Shown piece by piece: positions 1 to 10,319 of a stretch of 64,000 bases of DNA. Position numbers and translations under genes: made by a program. The stretch's first letter is position 1. Each line of letters begins with the position of its first letter. Under the pieces are notes generated by a model. It saw only the letters and a list, made by a program, of their open reading frames with translations, was not told the origin of the DNA and searched no databases. This DNA is from Minisyncoccota bacterium (GTDB lineage Bacteria > Patescibacteriota > Minisyncoccia > Phycocordibacterales > CSBR16-119). The DNA lies in NCBI GenBank assembly GCA_041389065.1, contig JAWKSM010000003.1, positions 17,595 through 81,594 of the forward strand, in the 5' to 3' direction.

Positions 1-342
1 TGGACCACCACAAAATTCTTTTGAAACTGCATTTCCATTTTCATCTTCGATAAAATACACAGAAACAATGTCTTCGTATTTCGCGCCAAAATTCCATTTC
101 CGCGCCGATTTTTTCGCTTCTTCTTTTGGCATTTCTCTTTTTACAACATTTAAATCTTTTTCTATATTTTCATTTACGATTTTCTCAACTTCCGACTTTT
201 CTTCGTCAGTCATTTTTTCGATCAAAAGAAAAATCTATTCCGAAGTCGTTCTTCGGTAATATTTGAACCACGTTGTTTAACTTCTGGACCCAAAACTTTT
301 TGAAGCGCCGCCAAAAGCAAGTGGTGAGCTGTGTGAGAAGTT
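1..342 (-). pseudogene. alaS: alanine--tRNA ligase, downstream part (HxxxH region); frame-broken as sequenced and runs off the window start
   Basis: Reverse translation of ~235-345 gives [34 protein letters not shown], the AlaRS HTAxHLL...LG..V.Q.GS motif. This frame is not continuous with 343..1677. Another shift occurs near ~235, after which the reading ends ...EFCGGP at the window edge. Confidence 0.75.
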
Positions 343-1629
343 TTACAATTTTTCCACTTGTTCCAGCCAAGCCACCTTTAAACTTTGCTCTCCACCAACG
401 CGAGATTTATCTTGGTGTTCTTTCATTTTTTGATTAAAAATTTCCAAATCAATAACTTCGCCTTTTTCACGAGCAAGTTCTTGCGTCATCTCTACAGGAA
501 AACCATATGATGTGAAAAGCAAAAATGCATCTCGCTCACCTTTTTCAAATTCTTTCAAACCTTTTTCTAAAGTATTCAAAAACTTATTTTCTTCTCCAGA
601 AATTACAGATTTTATATTTTCAGAATTTAACTCATAAACCTCTTTATACTTTTCACAAATAGAATCTACTAGACCCGAAATCGTTTCTAATCCTAATTTT
701 TTAGTATGCCTAATAGCCGCTCGAAGCAGTCTTCTTAAAATATATGCTCTCTCTGTATTGCCTGGCACCACTCCATCAGCAATCAAAAAACAAGAAGCTC
801 GCACGTGGTCAGCGATAATTCTTTTTGACTTTTCATCACCGTTTGAAATTTCTGCAAAAATATAATCAAACAAATCAGTATCATAAACACTTTCTTTTCC
901 ATTTACCACAGCTGTAATTCTTTCAAGACCCATTCCTGTATCGACATTTTTTTGAGAAAGTTTTCCGACAACTTTTCCATCACGACTTTCGTATTCCATA
1001 AACACATTGTTCCAAATCTCGATAACTTTTTCTTCTTTTTGTGCGCGCAAAAATTCATCGTGAGAAAGTTCGCCACAATTTCCTGTCACATCGTAAAAAA
1101 TTTCAGTATCTGGTCCACAAGGTCCGTTTTCTCCCGGACCCCACCAGTTGTCTTCTTTTCCTAGAAAATAAATTCTGTTTTCAGGAATCCCAGCTTTTAT
1201 CCAAATCTCTGCAGACTCTGTATCTTTTGGCGCGCTTTCGTCCCCCTCAAAACAAGTTATATAAAGTCGCGAGACGTCGAGCCCAAGACCAGAATTTTTA
1301 TCTGTTAAAAACTCAAAACTCCAAGCAATAGATTCTTCTTTAAAATAGTCTCCAAGAGACCAATTTCCAAGCATTTCGAAAAAAGTTAAGTGACGGTTGT
1401 CACCAATATCATCAATGTCACCCGTTCGAAGACATTTTTGTGCGCTTGCCAAACGAGTTCCCTCTGGATGTTTTTTTCCTAAAAGATATGGGACAAGTGG
1501 TTGCATCCCAGCAGTTGTAAAAAGCACCGAGTTGTCATTTTCTGGAATAAGAGAGGCCGAAGGGATTATTTTGTGTCCTTTTGATTCAAAGAATTTTAAG
1601 AATTTTTCGCGGATTTGATTACTTGTCAT
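343..1629 (-). CDS. alaS: alanine--tRNA ligase, N-terminal catalytic portion
   Basis: The ORF contains [19 protein letters not shown]...FTTAGMQP...[15 protein letters not shown], the class II AlaRS core. The internal ATG at 1629 fits better than the ORF start at 1677. The last ~15 codons look out of frame, because an alternate frame reads [14 protein letters not shown]. Confidence 0.9.
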   Translation of the reverse strand: MTSNQIREKFLKFFESKGHKIIPSASLIPENDNSVLFTTAGMQPLVPYLLGKKHPEGTRLASAQKCLRTGDIDDIGDNRHLTFFEMLGNWSLGDYFKEESIAWSFEFLTDKNSGLGLDVSRLYITCFEGDESAPKDTESAEIWIKAGIPENRIYFLGKEDNWWGPGENGPCGPDTEIFYDVTGNCGELSHDEFLRAQKEEKVIEIWNNVFMEYESRDGKVVGKLSQKNVDTGMGLERITAVVNGKESVYDTDLFDYIFAEISNGDEKSKRIIADHVRASCFLIADGVVPGNTERAYILRRLLRAAIRHTKKLGLETISGLVDSICEKYKEVYELNSENIKSVISGEENKFLNTLEKGLKEFEKGERDAFLLFTSYGFPVEMTQELAREKGEVIDLEIFNQKMKEHQDKSRVGGEQSLKVAWLEQVEKL

Positions 1630-1678
1630 ATTTTCCAAGTATAAATTAAAGAGTGAAGAATGAAAAGAGCCCAGCACT

Positions 1679-2719
1679 TTATGAAATTATCCCGCCGCCA
1701 ATACACTCTTCCCCGTCATAAACAACAACAGATTGCCCTGGCATACTTGATTTTTGATCTTCTTCGAAAACAACAAAGTCGCCGGAAATTTTACATTTTT
1801 GAAGCTTTTGCTGATAACGAATTCTTCCAAAATAAAACTTGCCTTCTTCTGGTTTTGTAATCCAATTTATATTTTCTAATTTTATTTTTTTATAATCTTT
1901 ATTTTCTTGAGAAAACTCTTTTTCAGAAACTGTGATTGTATTTTTCTCTAAGTCTCGAGAAACAATATACAAACGCCCATCTTCTGTCCCCTTTTTTGTA
2001 ATAGAAAATCCGTGTCTTTCACCTAAAGTAAAGAAAAGTGCCCCGTCATGAAAACCAACGACCTCACCATATTGATTTAAAACATCTCCTCTTTTTTTAG
2101 GAATATAGTGAGAAAGAAAATCTTTCATATCGATTGGACCCAAAAAACAAACTCCTTGAGAATCTTTTTTCTCTGCTGTAAACAAATCGTATTTTTCAGC
2201 AATTTTTCTAACTTTTGTTTTTTTCAATTCACCAATTGGAAAAATTATTTTTTCTAATTGATTTTCTTTTAAAGTCCAAAGAAAATAACTTTGATCTTTT
2301 GATTCGTCGATTCCTTTTAAGAGTTTTTTATTTTTTGTTCGCGCATAGTGACCAGTCGCAACAAAATCCGCGCCAAGCTCCAAAGCTTTTTTCAAAAATA
2401 CACCAAACTTAACTTCTTTGTTGCACATTACATCCGGATTCGGAGTTCTACCGGCACGGTATTCGTTTATCATATACATACCGACAAAATCTCTGTATTC
2501 TTTTTCTGCGTCTATTGTTAGAAACGGAACGCCAAGCTTTGCACAAATTCTCATTGCATCACGACGCTCTTCTTTCCAAGTACATTCAACAAAATCGGGT
2601 TGCCAAGTTTTTATAAAGCATCCAATAACGTTGTATCCTTTTTCTTTTAAAATAGCCAAAGAAACAGAGCTATCGACCCCGCCAGAAACCCCAACAAAAA
2701 CTGTTTCTTTTTTATTCAT
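1679..2719 (-). CDS. mnmA: tRNA 2-thiouridine(34) synthase
   Basis: N-terminal PP-loop VFVGVSGGVDSSV, followed by TGHYAR and typical MnmA length (346 aa). Confidence 0.95.
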   Translation of the reverse strand: MNKKETVFVGVSGGVDSSVSLAILKEKGYNVIGCFIKTWQPDFVECTWKEERRDAMRICAKLGVPFLTIDAEKEYRDFVGMYMINEYRAGRTPNPDVMCNKEVKFGVFLKKALELGADFVATGHYARTKNKKLLKGIDESKDQSYFLWTLKENQLEKIIFPIGELKKTKVRKIAEKYDLFTAEKKDSQGVCFLGPIDMKDFLSHYIPKKRGDVLNQYGEVVGFHDGALFFTLGERHGFSITKKGTEDGRLYIVSRDLEKNTITVSEKEFSQENKDYKKIKLENINWITKPEEGKFYFGRIRYQQKLQKCKISGDFVVFEEDQKSSMPGQSVVVYDGEECIGGGIIS

Positions 2720-2760
2720 AAATTTAGTTTAATTATTTTTAGAAAAAACACCAGAACAAA

Positions 2761-2782
2761 CCGCGCACCTTTCGGCGCGCGG
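2761..2782 (-). terminator. GC-rich hairpin downstream of the 2802..3461 gene
   Basis: CCGCGCACC-TTTC-GGCGCGCGG stem-loop. On the minus strand a T-rich tract follows it. Confidence 0.55.
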
Positions 2783-2801
2783 TATTGCGTTTCGCAGTGT
2801 T

Positions 2802-3461
2802 CTAGATGTGAAGAACCTTCCCTTCATCGACATACGAGTGGAGAAGATTCCTCGTTGGTTCAATCAAACCCTTCAAATCAACTCCTTGTCTTATCAGGAT
2901 CGAAGGGATTTTCGGGTATTTTCTAATGTGTTCTGCCTGACTTTCAGGGCCCGATTTTATTTGCACAGGAACAGATATCGTCTGCCTTCCGTGACTTCTG
3001 GTAGATCTGACATTAACAGTAAAATCGTATCTCTTCAGATCTTCCGGACATTTGGGAATTTCGATGTATGGATCGGCGGCAGCAACAGCCAACAGTAGTT
3101 CAAACGCCCTGTTCTCTGACCTGTTACCCTTAACTTGAGATTTGACATTTTTCATAACAAACCTCATGCAAACCTTGTGATGAAATTTCCATTCAAACCT
3201 TGAGACACCCACAATAAAATTAACCAATAGATTCGAACGATCCAGAGACTTTCTTTTCAATATTGGCCTGTGCCACATCTTGCTATTTAACTTTATAAAG
3301 TTAAATACAAATTTCTTGATACCAGCAATTGGTTCGTAGAAGTCGACGTTATAAATTATCTTATTTGGGCTCTCTTCAAATGAAATAGAACCCAGATGGC
3401 CGAACACACGTTCGAAGCTTCTTGAGTTTTTCATTTGGAACAGTTTTATATACAGTACCAA
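2802..3461 (-). CDS. hypothetical protein, GC-richer orphan; possible PD-(D/E)xK-like nuclease fold
   Basis: 219-aa ORF with an alternative ATG at 3434. Composition is visibly GC-richer than the neighbours. The C-terminal half has YDFTVNV...VPVQIKSG, a D...QxK pattern; this is only a weak motif-level hint. Confidence 0.5.
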   Translation of the reverse strand: MVLYIKLFQMKNSRSFERVFGHLGSISFEESPNKIIYNVDFYEPIAGIKKFVFNFIKLNSKMWHRPILKRKSLDRSNLLVNFIVGVSRFEWKFHHKVCMRFVMKNVKSQVKGNRSENRAFELLLAVAAADPYIEIPKCPEDLKRYDFTVNVRSTRSHGRQTISVPVQIKSGPESQAEHIRKYPKIPSILIRQGVDLKGLIEPTRNLLHSYVDEGKVLHI

Positions 3462-3479
3462 AAAAAATATTTATGTCAA

Positions 3480-4025
3480 TTACAGCTTCATTAACTTTTC
3501 GTAAACCAAAAAGGTTGCCTTTGCGTCAGCCAAAGCTGTGTGAGCTCTTTCGTTTGTTATTCCAAAATACTCGCAAAGCTTTTGAAGGCGAAACTTCTCT
3601 ACTTGAGGATTGTCGTGAAGTTTCGCATAAGCAACAGAAATAGTATCGAGTTTTGGATAGAACATTTTATTTTCTACACCAGTTTTTTTAAAAGCGTGCT
3701 CGATAAAAGAAAAATCAAAAGTAAGGTTGTGTGCAGTAAAAATCGCACCTTCTGTTTTGTCTGCAAAAATAGTCATCGCCTCTTTTAAAGTATTTGCAAA
3801 AACCCACTGACTTGGGTCATAGCCGTTTACTTTGAGCGCCTGTGGATCAGCGTCTTCAATTCTTTCTGGTTTTATTTTGAATTCAAATTCTTCAATAATC
3901 TCAAACTGATTTCCTTTATCTCCGACTTGTTTAACCAAAACAACACCGAGCTCTATAATCTCGTGCTTATCTGGATCAAAACCAGTTGTTTCAATATCAA
4001 CAAAAGCTAAATTGTGTTTTTTCAT
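3480..4025 (-). CDS. DnaQ-like 3'-5' exonuclease (DNA polymerase III epsilon family)
   Basis: The three Exo motifs are present: FVDIETTG (ExoI), AHNLTFDFSF (ExoII) and HTALADA (ExoIII). Confidence 0.85.
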   Translation of the reverse strand: MKKHNLAFVDIETTGFDPDKHEIIELGVVLVKQVGDKGNQFEIIEEFEFKIKPERIEDADPQALKVNGYDPSQWVFANTLKEAMTIFADKTEGAIFTAHNLTFDFSFIEHAFKKTGVENKMFYPKLDTISVAYAKLHDNPQVEKFRLQKLCEYFGITNERAHTALADAKATFLVYEKLMKL

Positions 4026-4027
4026 TT

Positions 4028-5017
4028 CTATCTTAAGTAATTATTTTTATTCTGAATATGCCCTGCGTGATCAACTGCATAATACACCTGACCTGAGTTA
4101 CTGTGCAAGTAAAAGAAATATGGCGAACTTATCGGATAAAGAGCAGCCCTGATTGCTTTTATACTTGGCGAACCTATTGGTCCCGGTGGAAGTCCATAAT
4201 TTTTATAAGTGTTGTAGTCGTGCTCCATAGCTAAATCATCTAAGGTTAATTTTGATGATGGCTTCCCGGTTATATATTTTAGCGTTGCATCAACTTGAAG
4301 TCTCATTTTTTTATCAATTCTTTTCCACAAAATTCCAGAAATTGTTTGTTGCTCTGAATAAATATTATAAGCTTCTTTTTGAATAATAGACGCCATTGTT
4401 ACAATTTCAGAAAGTGTTTTTCCAGATTTATCAATATCAGATAAAAGCGGCGCTATTTTAGAATCAAAATTTACAAGCATTCGATCAACCACGTCCGGCG
4501 CTTCTGCGGTGACAAAAAAGATATATGTGTCGGGGAAAAGGTAACCTTCTAAGTCTTTTGTTAGAAACAGAAAATCTTCTTCAGAAAAATTTAAAAGTTT
4601 TTCGTGGTAAATTTCTGCCATTTCTTCTCGAGTCGCACCTTCTGGAATTGAAATTCGAACAGAATCAATTCCATGAATTCCATTTATAATTCTGTGGGCA
4701 ACTTCGAAAACGGTTATTGGTCTTTCAAAAGAATAATCTCCGGCAACAATACTTTTATCTCCACCAAAAACAATCACAAAAGCGTCAAGAATTCTTGGGA
4801 ATTTAATCACACCTTTTTCTTTTAACATTTCCGAAACTTTCATAAGAGAGCTTCCCTTTTCTATTTCAATTATTTCACCTTTTGGAAAATTTGACGGGGC
4901 GGTAAACAAAACACTAAGTGCTAAAACAACAACCAAAAACAAAAGCCCTAAAAAGATTACAATTTTTTGGTGAAAAGATATTTTACTTTTTGGTTTTTGA
5001 TAATTTAAATTTTGCAT
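4028..5017 (-). CDS. mltG: endolytic murein transglycosylase MltG/YceG family
   Basis: N-terminal TM segment, then YNTYKNYGLPPGPIGSPS, the YceG signature. Confidence 0.85.
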   Translation of the reverse strand: MQNLNYQKPKSKISFHQKIVIFLGLLFLVVVLALSVLFTAPSNFPKGEIIEIEKGSSLMKVSEMLKEKGVIKFPRILDAFVIVFGGDKSIVAGDYSFERPITVFEVAHRIINGIHGIDSVRISIPEGATREEMAEIYHEKLLNFSEEDFLFLTKDLEGYLFPDTYIFFVTAEAPDVVDRMLVNFDSKIAPLLSDIDKSGKTLSEIVTMASIIQKEAYNIYSEQQTISGILWKRIDKKMRLQVDATLKYITGKPSSKLTLDDLAMEHDYNTYKNYGLPPGPIGSPSIKAIRAALYPISSPYFFYLHSNSGQVYYAVDHAGHIQNKNNYLR

Positions 5018-5023
5018 AAATAG

Positions 5024-6253
5024 CTAAATTGGCAAGTTTGTCGGAGGTTCTGATTTGTTTGATTCAATTCTACCCAAGCTTGGAGTTTCAGACACACGAC
5101 CAGGAAAGTGGAAAATCGTCGCGAGCTCTTCTGAAGTAAGAACAAAGTGCGGACGAACATATGGAGGATAGAACCATGATCTTTGTGCATATGCATCGAG
5201 CATTTCTCTTTTTTTCTTCACTGTTTTATTTCCAGAAGGGTCTTGCCAAGGGTAATCAAAGGCTGTTGTGTTATCTGGCTTAAAACCATTTAAAGTAAAA
5301 GAATTATATTGCTTCATTATTCCAGTCAAACCCGTAATGTTCATTCCATCAAAATATTCTTTTGGAGAAAGATATATCGCCCTAATTCCGCAATCAAAAC
5401 CTTGCTTGTTTAAAGTTCTGTTTATCGCGGCCATTGCGAGCTTATCTTCTTCTGTCATTGCCAAGCGTTTAAACTGATCGTCTCCTGTTGGCTCAAATTT
5501 TTCTTTCAATTCTTTAAGAATATCTTTTGTCTTTTGTTGATAGTCAGAATACCCACCCATAAGTCCAGGCTTTCTATATGTCCACTTTGAAACACGAACT
5601 ATAATCTGAAACCAGACTTGTTCGTTTGGACCAATTCCACCCATCCATTCTATCATTGGCGTTATTGGGTCGATTCTTTGATTTTCTTCTGTTGAGCCAA
5701 TGGCTTTGTCGAGCCCGTAGTCTGTGTAAGTTTTGATCGGATATGGATCTTCTTTTGTTAATTTAAATTCAGTTCCAAAAAGCGCCCATTCTCTTTTATG
5801 CATATCAGCGATTGCTTCTTCAACATAATCTTCTGCTTCAAAAATTTCAGCCTGGGGATACTGCGCATAAATCTGAGATTCAATCACCCGACGAAAACCA
5901 ACTGGTGTACGAACCAAGAAATGAATTTCACCACCCAAAGAAACAATCTCTAAAGAAAACCAATTTATAACCCGACCTTGCCAATATTTTTGATAGTTGT
6001 TAGCAACACCACCACCCTGAGAAAGTGCGTTTGAAAGAGCAAGCTCCATCGCAGCCGGAGATTTAAAAACTTCTTTTGGAACTTTTATTTCAAGCAAAAC
6101 CCACTTAACACCAGAAAGCCAATCTTCTCTTACATAATTAACCCAAAGTTTCCAACCAAGAAAAACCAAGACAAGAGGCAACCAAAAACGAGCGCTACCG
6201 AAAATGATAGTCGGAATTCTTTCAAATGTTGCTAGAAAAATATCAGTCTCCAT
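5024..6253 (-). CDS. conserved hypothetical membrane protein
   Basis: 409-aa ORF with an N-terminal TM (FWLPLVLVFLGWKLW) followed by a large soluble domain. I recognise no catalytic motif. Confidence 0.6.
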   Translation of the reverse strand: METDIFLATFERIPTIIFGSARFWLPLVLVFLGWKLWVNYVREDWLSGVKWVLLEIKVPKEVFKSPAAMELALSNALSQGGGVANNYQKYWQGRVINWFSLEIVSLGGEIHFLVRTPVGFRRVIESQIYAQYPQAEIFEAEDYVEEAIADMHKREWALFGTEFKLTKEDPYPIKTYTDYGLDKAIGSTEENQRIDPITPMIEWMGGIGPNEQVWFQIIVRVSKWTYRKPGLMGGYSDYQQKTKDILKELKEKFEPTGDDQFKRLAMTEEDKLAMAAINRTLNKQGFDCGIRAIYLSPKEYFDGMNITGLTGIMKQYNSFTLNGFKPDNTTAFDYPWQDPSGNKTVKKKREMLDAYAQRSWFYPPYVRPHFVLTSEELATIFHFPGRVSETPSLGRIESNKSEPPTNLPI

Positions 6254-6271
6254 ACTTTATTACACTTTTTA

Positions 6272-6787
6272 TTATATCTTATCTTCTTCTGTCTTCTTCA
6301 CTATCGTAACTGGAATTGTTGTCGTTTTTTCATTACTACTAAAATTTTTAAATACAAAATTTACTTTACCTTCTTCGATAGGCAAATTGTTTATCGTGAA
6401 ATGAAATTGTGTAGAAACAGGAGACGGTCCACCTTGCTTTTTAGGAACAAGAAAAGGTCTTCCAACAAGATTATTTTCGGAATCGTAAATTTCAAGCTTT
6501 GCAACATAATTCAAAAAAGGTTCCCAACCACAACCACTTATATATCCAGAAACCTCCAAAGGCAAAGAAACTTCAGAATCAATTTGTGGACTTGTAACAG
6601 AAATTCCGCAGTAAAGCTCTGAAGTGTCTACTGTCGCCACGGGAATCACGGGGTTGTTTTCTATTTTTGAGTTTGTGAAAATAAAAAGCAAAAAACCAAA
6701 AAGCACCACGATAAGAAGTATCAGAAAGAGCTCGATAGTTATAAGTGTTTTTTTCACATAAATATTATACAACAAAATTCCCCACAA
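6272..6787 (-). CDS. membrane-anchored hypothetical protein, possible Ig-like (Gmad2-type) ectodomain
   Basis: N-terminal TM, then ISVTSPQIDSEVSLPLEVSGYISG...LEIYDSENNLVG, which resembles a bacterial Ig-like fold. The assignment is weak. Confidence 0.45.
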   Translation of the reverse strand: MWGILLYNIYVKKTLITIELFLILLIVVLFGFLLFIFTNSKIENNPVIPVATVDTSELYCGISVTSPQIDSEVSLPLEVSGYISGCGWEPFLNYVAKLEIYDSENNLVGRPFLVPKKQGGPSPVSTQFHFTINNLPIEEGKVNFVFKNFSSNEKTTTIPVTIVKKTEEDKI

Positions 6788-6811
6788 GCCTGTGGGGAAT
6801 TTTGCGTTATT

Positions 6812-7747
6812 TTATTTTAAAACTGTGTATTTTCCGTCTGGAAGTTTTTTGAAGAATTTTGAGTTTTGTAGATTTACTAGAATTGTGTTTCTTTTTAGAA
6901 ATCTTTCTTTCAAAACAGCATCAACGACTTCGTCTTTTGTCATTGGACCGTTTGCAACCAAAATATCTTTGATCACGTCTCTCACGATTCCAGGTTTGTA
7001 TCCCCATTCTCTAAGAGCGTATTTTCCTCGTCCAACTAAAACGAATCTTGGATCTTTGATAAGTTCGTTGTGAGTTGTCGCTGCCAAAGTTTTCTTACCG
7101 AAAGTTTTTGTGATAGCTTCTGCAACTTCTTTAAAGTGCATTGGTTCTCCGTGTTTTCTCAAAACCAAGAAAGTGTAATCTTTAACTCCTCGAGTTTTTA
7201 CATTTTTTGATTCTGCTCTTCCCCATTCGTTTAGAGGGTTTTTTGCAATCTTCTTAGAAATTCGCAGCCATCGTCTTAGAATTTCTTCATCTCGGTATTC
7301 ATCTGAAACTTCTTTGATGTGTCCCAAAAATCGGCTAATCATTTCATTTTCAACAACAAGTTCATCAGCACTTAGAGATTTGTAAAGATTTTTAAGTGCA
7401 TTGTGGATTGATTCAACAGCATCGTTTTCTACAGCCCATCGTGTTTTAAAGTTATCGTCTTCTTTGTGTTGAGTAAAAGCATCTCCAAGTACAAGGTAGA
7501 AGTTAATATGATTTTGAACAGACTTATCGTCTGAAATGTGCTCCAATAATTCACTTTCGTGAACAACAGAACCAAGAGAATGGATCAAATCTTTTAATTC
7601 TTCAAAAACAGCTTCTTCAGACTTCATTGCGTCTGATTTTCTAATAGAAGCAAGAGCTGCGTTTTCGATTTGTCTTACTCGCTCTCTTGTGATGCCATAT
7701 TTTTGTCCAATAGCCTCAAGAGTTTTTCTCTTTGTATCATCGCCCAA
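6812..7747 (-). CDS. sigma-70 region-4-like HTH plus HARE-HTH domain DNA-binding protein
   Basis: LEAIGQKYGITRERVRQIENAAL matches sigma region 4.2. The C-terminus has HGEPMHFKEVAEAI...DPRFVLVGRGKYALREWGY, a HARE-HTH/RpoE-N-like segment. The real start is probably near 7850, reached through a frame break at about 7828. Confidence 0.7.
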   Translation of the reverse strand: MGDDTKRKTLEAIGQKYGITRERVRQIENAALASIRKSDAMKSEEAVFEELKDLIHSLGSVVHESELLEHISDDKSVQNHINFYLVLGDAFTQHKEDDNFKTRWAVENDAVESIHNALKNLYKSLSADELVVENEMISRFLGHIKEVSDEYRDEEILRRWLRISKKIAKNPLNEWGRAESKNVKTRGVKDYTFLVLRKHGEPMHFKEVAEAITKTFGKKTLAATTHNELIKDPRFVLVGRGKYALREWGYKPGIVRDVIKDILVANGPMTKDEVVDAVLKERFLKRNTILVNLQNSKFFKKLPDGKYTVLK

Positions 7748-7916
7748 ACCATATCGATTTGAGATAATATAAGCGATCTGTCTTTTAGGACAGACAAGAG
7801 CTTTTTGCTTGTATTCTTTGGTCTAAATGAAATAATTGCCATAAATATTAACTTTTACTATAAGATTTCATTATTCTATCATTAATACAATTTTATGTCA
7901 AATATTTGTGTGGGTT

Positions 7917-9030
7917 TTAAAAAAGATTCGTAATATCACGAAAAGTGATGAAAATCATGAGAGCGATGAGGGCGATAAAACCAACTGAGTTTAACGTGTT
8001 GGTTATTTTAGGAGAAATCCTTCCACCTTTTATTTTTTCGATAATTAAAAACAAAATTCTACCACCATCGAGCGCCGGAAAAGGTAATGTAAGTTTATTA
8101 CACCACAAGATTTATAGAAATGAGCGCAACAAACATCAAAAGATAAACGATTCCTAAATTGCTCGCATCGCCAACCAAAGAAACTATCCCGACAGGTCCA
8201 GTTAAATTTGATACATCCGGGCTCCTACCTTTAAAAGCATCGACAATCAAATTCCAAAGCCCGGCAGTAATTTGCCAAATCATATCGCCCGCAACTTTAA
8301 ACTTATACCCTTTGAAAACGGCGGCTTGTAAATTCCAACTTTTGAATTCCAACCCCACAGCTTGTTTACCTCTCGATTTCAAAATCTCCATAATATAAAT
8401 ATTTTTTCATAACATTTCCATCTCTTTATATCAAGCTCGATGATGTCGCCCTCTTTACATTTTCAAATGATCATCTGTCAGTGAATCAAAAAGAGGCTCC
8501 TGCCAAGTTACAGATCTGATACTGTCACCAACAGAAATACCTGCGTCATCAGCCGGAGAATCTTTTACAACTTCTGTGATTATGTTTTGAACATTAATAA
8601 TATTAATCACCTTCATATGAAGAATCGACAGAAGAAGGCAGACCGATAAAAACAGAAACCAGGATTACGAACCAAGCAAAATAAAATTAAAAAGCGGGAC
8701 CAGCGAACATAACGCTAGCTTGGGCAAATTTTGACTTGCTTGTCAGAGCAACACTTTTGTTTTCACCGTTTAAAGATTCACTTGCCCGAACTTCTTCAGC
8801 GGGCAGATCATCTGGATCTTCACCAAAAATTTTTACAAATCCCCCAAAAGGAATCCAGTTTAAAGTAAAAAGTGTTCCTTTTTCTAAACAAAAAATCCCT
8901 TTGCACGCGGAGGATAACCTAAGCCAAACTCATCGACCCTAATTCCCCATTTTTTTGCAACAATAAAATGACCGTATTCGTGAACGATTATCAAAACTGC
9001 AAGTATTAGTATGAAAATTATTACAGACAT
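7917..9030 (-). pseudogene. rseP: RIP (site-2) zinc metalloprotease RseP; multiply frame-broken as sequenced
   Basis: N-terminus AVLIIVHEYGHFIVAKKWG carries the HExxH motif (8940-9030). A PDZ-like piece, EVVKDSPADDAGISVGDSI, lies at ~8460-8640. C-terminal fragments read GPVGIVSL... and FPALDGGRILF.... Confidence 0.8.
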
Positions 9031-9033
9031 TAT

Positions 9034-9582
9034 TTAATAAGAACCATAGATTCTTTTGACCAAAATATCTTCAAGAATCTTGTTTGTATCGTCGACTTGT
9101 TTTTGAACTTCTGCTTTTGCAAACTTAATATCATCTTCCGATGTTCCACCTTCTCCTTCTTTTTGCATCAATATCTTTCATTGCTGATTCTCTTCTTTCT
9201 CTACAGAAACACGAGCGTCTTCTAGTTTGCCTTTTAAAACTTTTACAAGCTTCTCTCTTGTCTCTCCTGTGAGCTGAGGGAAAATTACTCGCAACCCTGC
9301 GTCGTCTGTTGCAACAGAAAGACCAATATCAGAAGCGATAATTCCATTTTCGATTTCTTTAGCTGACTTTATCCCAAGGAACAACTCGAAGAGTTTTAGG
9401 ATCTTCTATAGAAATAGAAGCGACGTTTTTAATAGGTTGACGTGTTCCATAAGAGTCAACTGTGATTCCGTCCATAGAACAGATGGATTTGCCTGACCAG
9501 TATAAAGAAGAATATTCTTTTTTAAGCCAATCTGTGACTTTTACCAGGTTCTCTTCTTTAAAAAATATTTGAATTGTATACC
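9034..9582 (-). pseudogene. frr: ribosome recycling factor; frame-broken as sequenced
   Basis: Fragments read SMDGITVDSYGTRQPIKNV, GLRVIFPQLTGETREKLVKVLKGKLEDARVSV and KAEVQKQVDDTNKILEDIL, spread over different frames. Confidence 0.8.
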
Positions 9583-9604
9583 ATAAAAATATAGTAACAA
9601 GATT

Positions 9605-10310
9605 TTAAAGAAAAGAATATAGCAGCCCACGTGCCAAAATCCTAAAAAGTCAACGCCAACGTCTCCAAAAGATTTTTTGACCGACGCACCTTGGTCGTGA
9701 ACATAGTCTTTAATTTTCCAAATAAGTTGCGAATATCGAACTCTTCCTGTTTTCTTTTTTTGAAACTAACTTTCTAATTCATTCAAAAATAAAACCACGT
9801 AAACTTTTAACGAAGTTGTATTTTCTTCTTTTTTTAAACTTTTTAATTATTTTTGAAACAATCGATAATCTTTCTTTCTTTCTCTTTACTCAAAAAATCT
9901 TTCGCAAGTTTTTCTAATTCTGTTTTTTCTGACAAACTTTCTGTTTTTAAAATAAAAGTCTCGATTTTAAGGTATCAATCAAAATAGAGGTTATTGGAGT
10001 AACAATAAAAAAATGAACGTTTGGCGTCGGCTCTTCCAAAACTTTCAAAAGTGCATTTTGTTAATTCTCTTGAAAAATATTTTGTAGAAATTAAAATTAT
10101 TTTTTTGCCTTCCCAGAAAAGATTTTTGAGATTGAAACTTTTCACCTCTGGCGTCTTCAATACTGAAAGTGTCTGTTTCTTTTAAGAAAGTCAGGGTTGC
10201 CGGAAGTTTTAAATCCAAAGCTTTCCAGAACAGAAATAATTTCCGGCAAAAGAGAAAGTTCCGACTCAATCAAATAAGCGATGTAAATTTTTATTATCGA
10301 GTGTAAACAT
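9605..10310 (-). pseudogene. holB: DNA polymerase III delta-prime-like subunit; frame-broken as sequenced
   Basis: Reverse translation gives NALLKVLEEPTPNVHFFIVTPITSILIDTLKSRL, the clamp-loader sensor region. It is flanked by out-of-frame pieces. Confidence 0.7.
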
Positions 10311-10319
10311 AATTAACGT

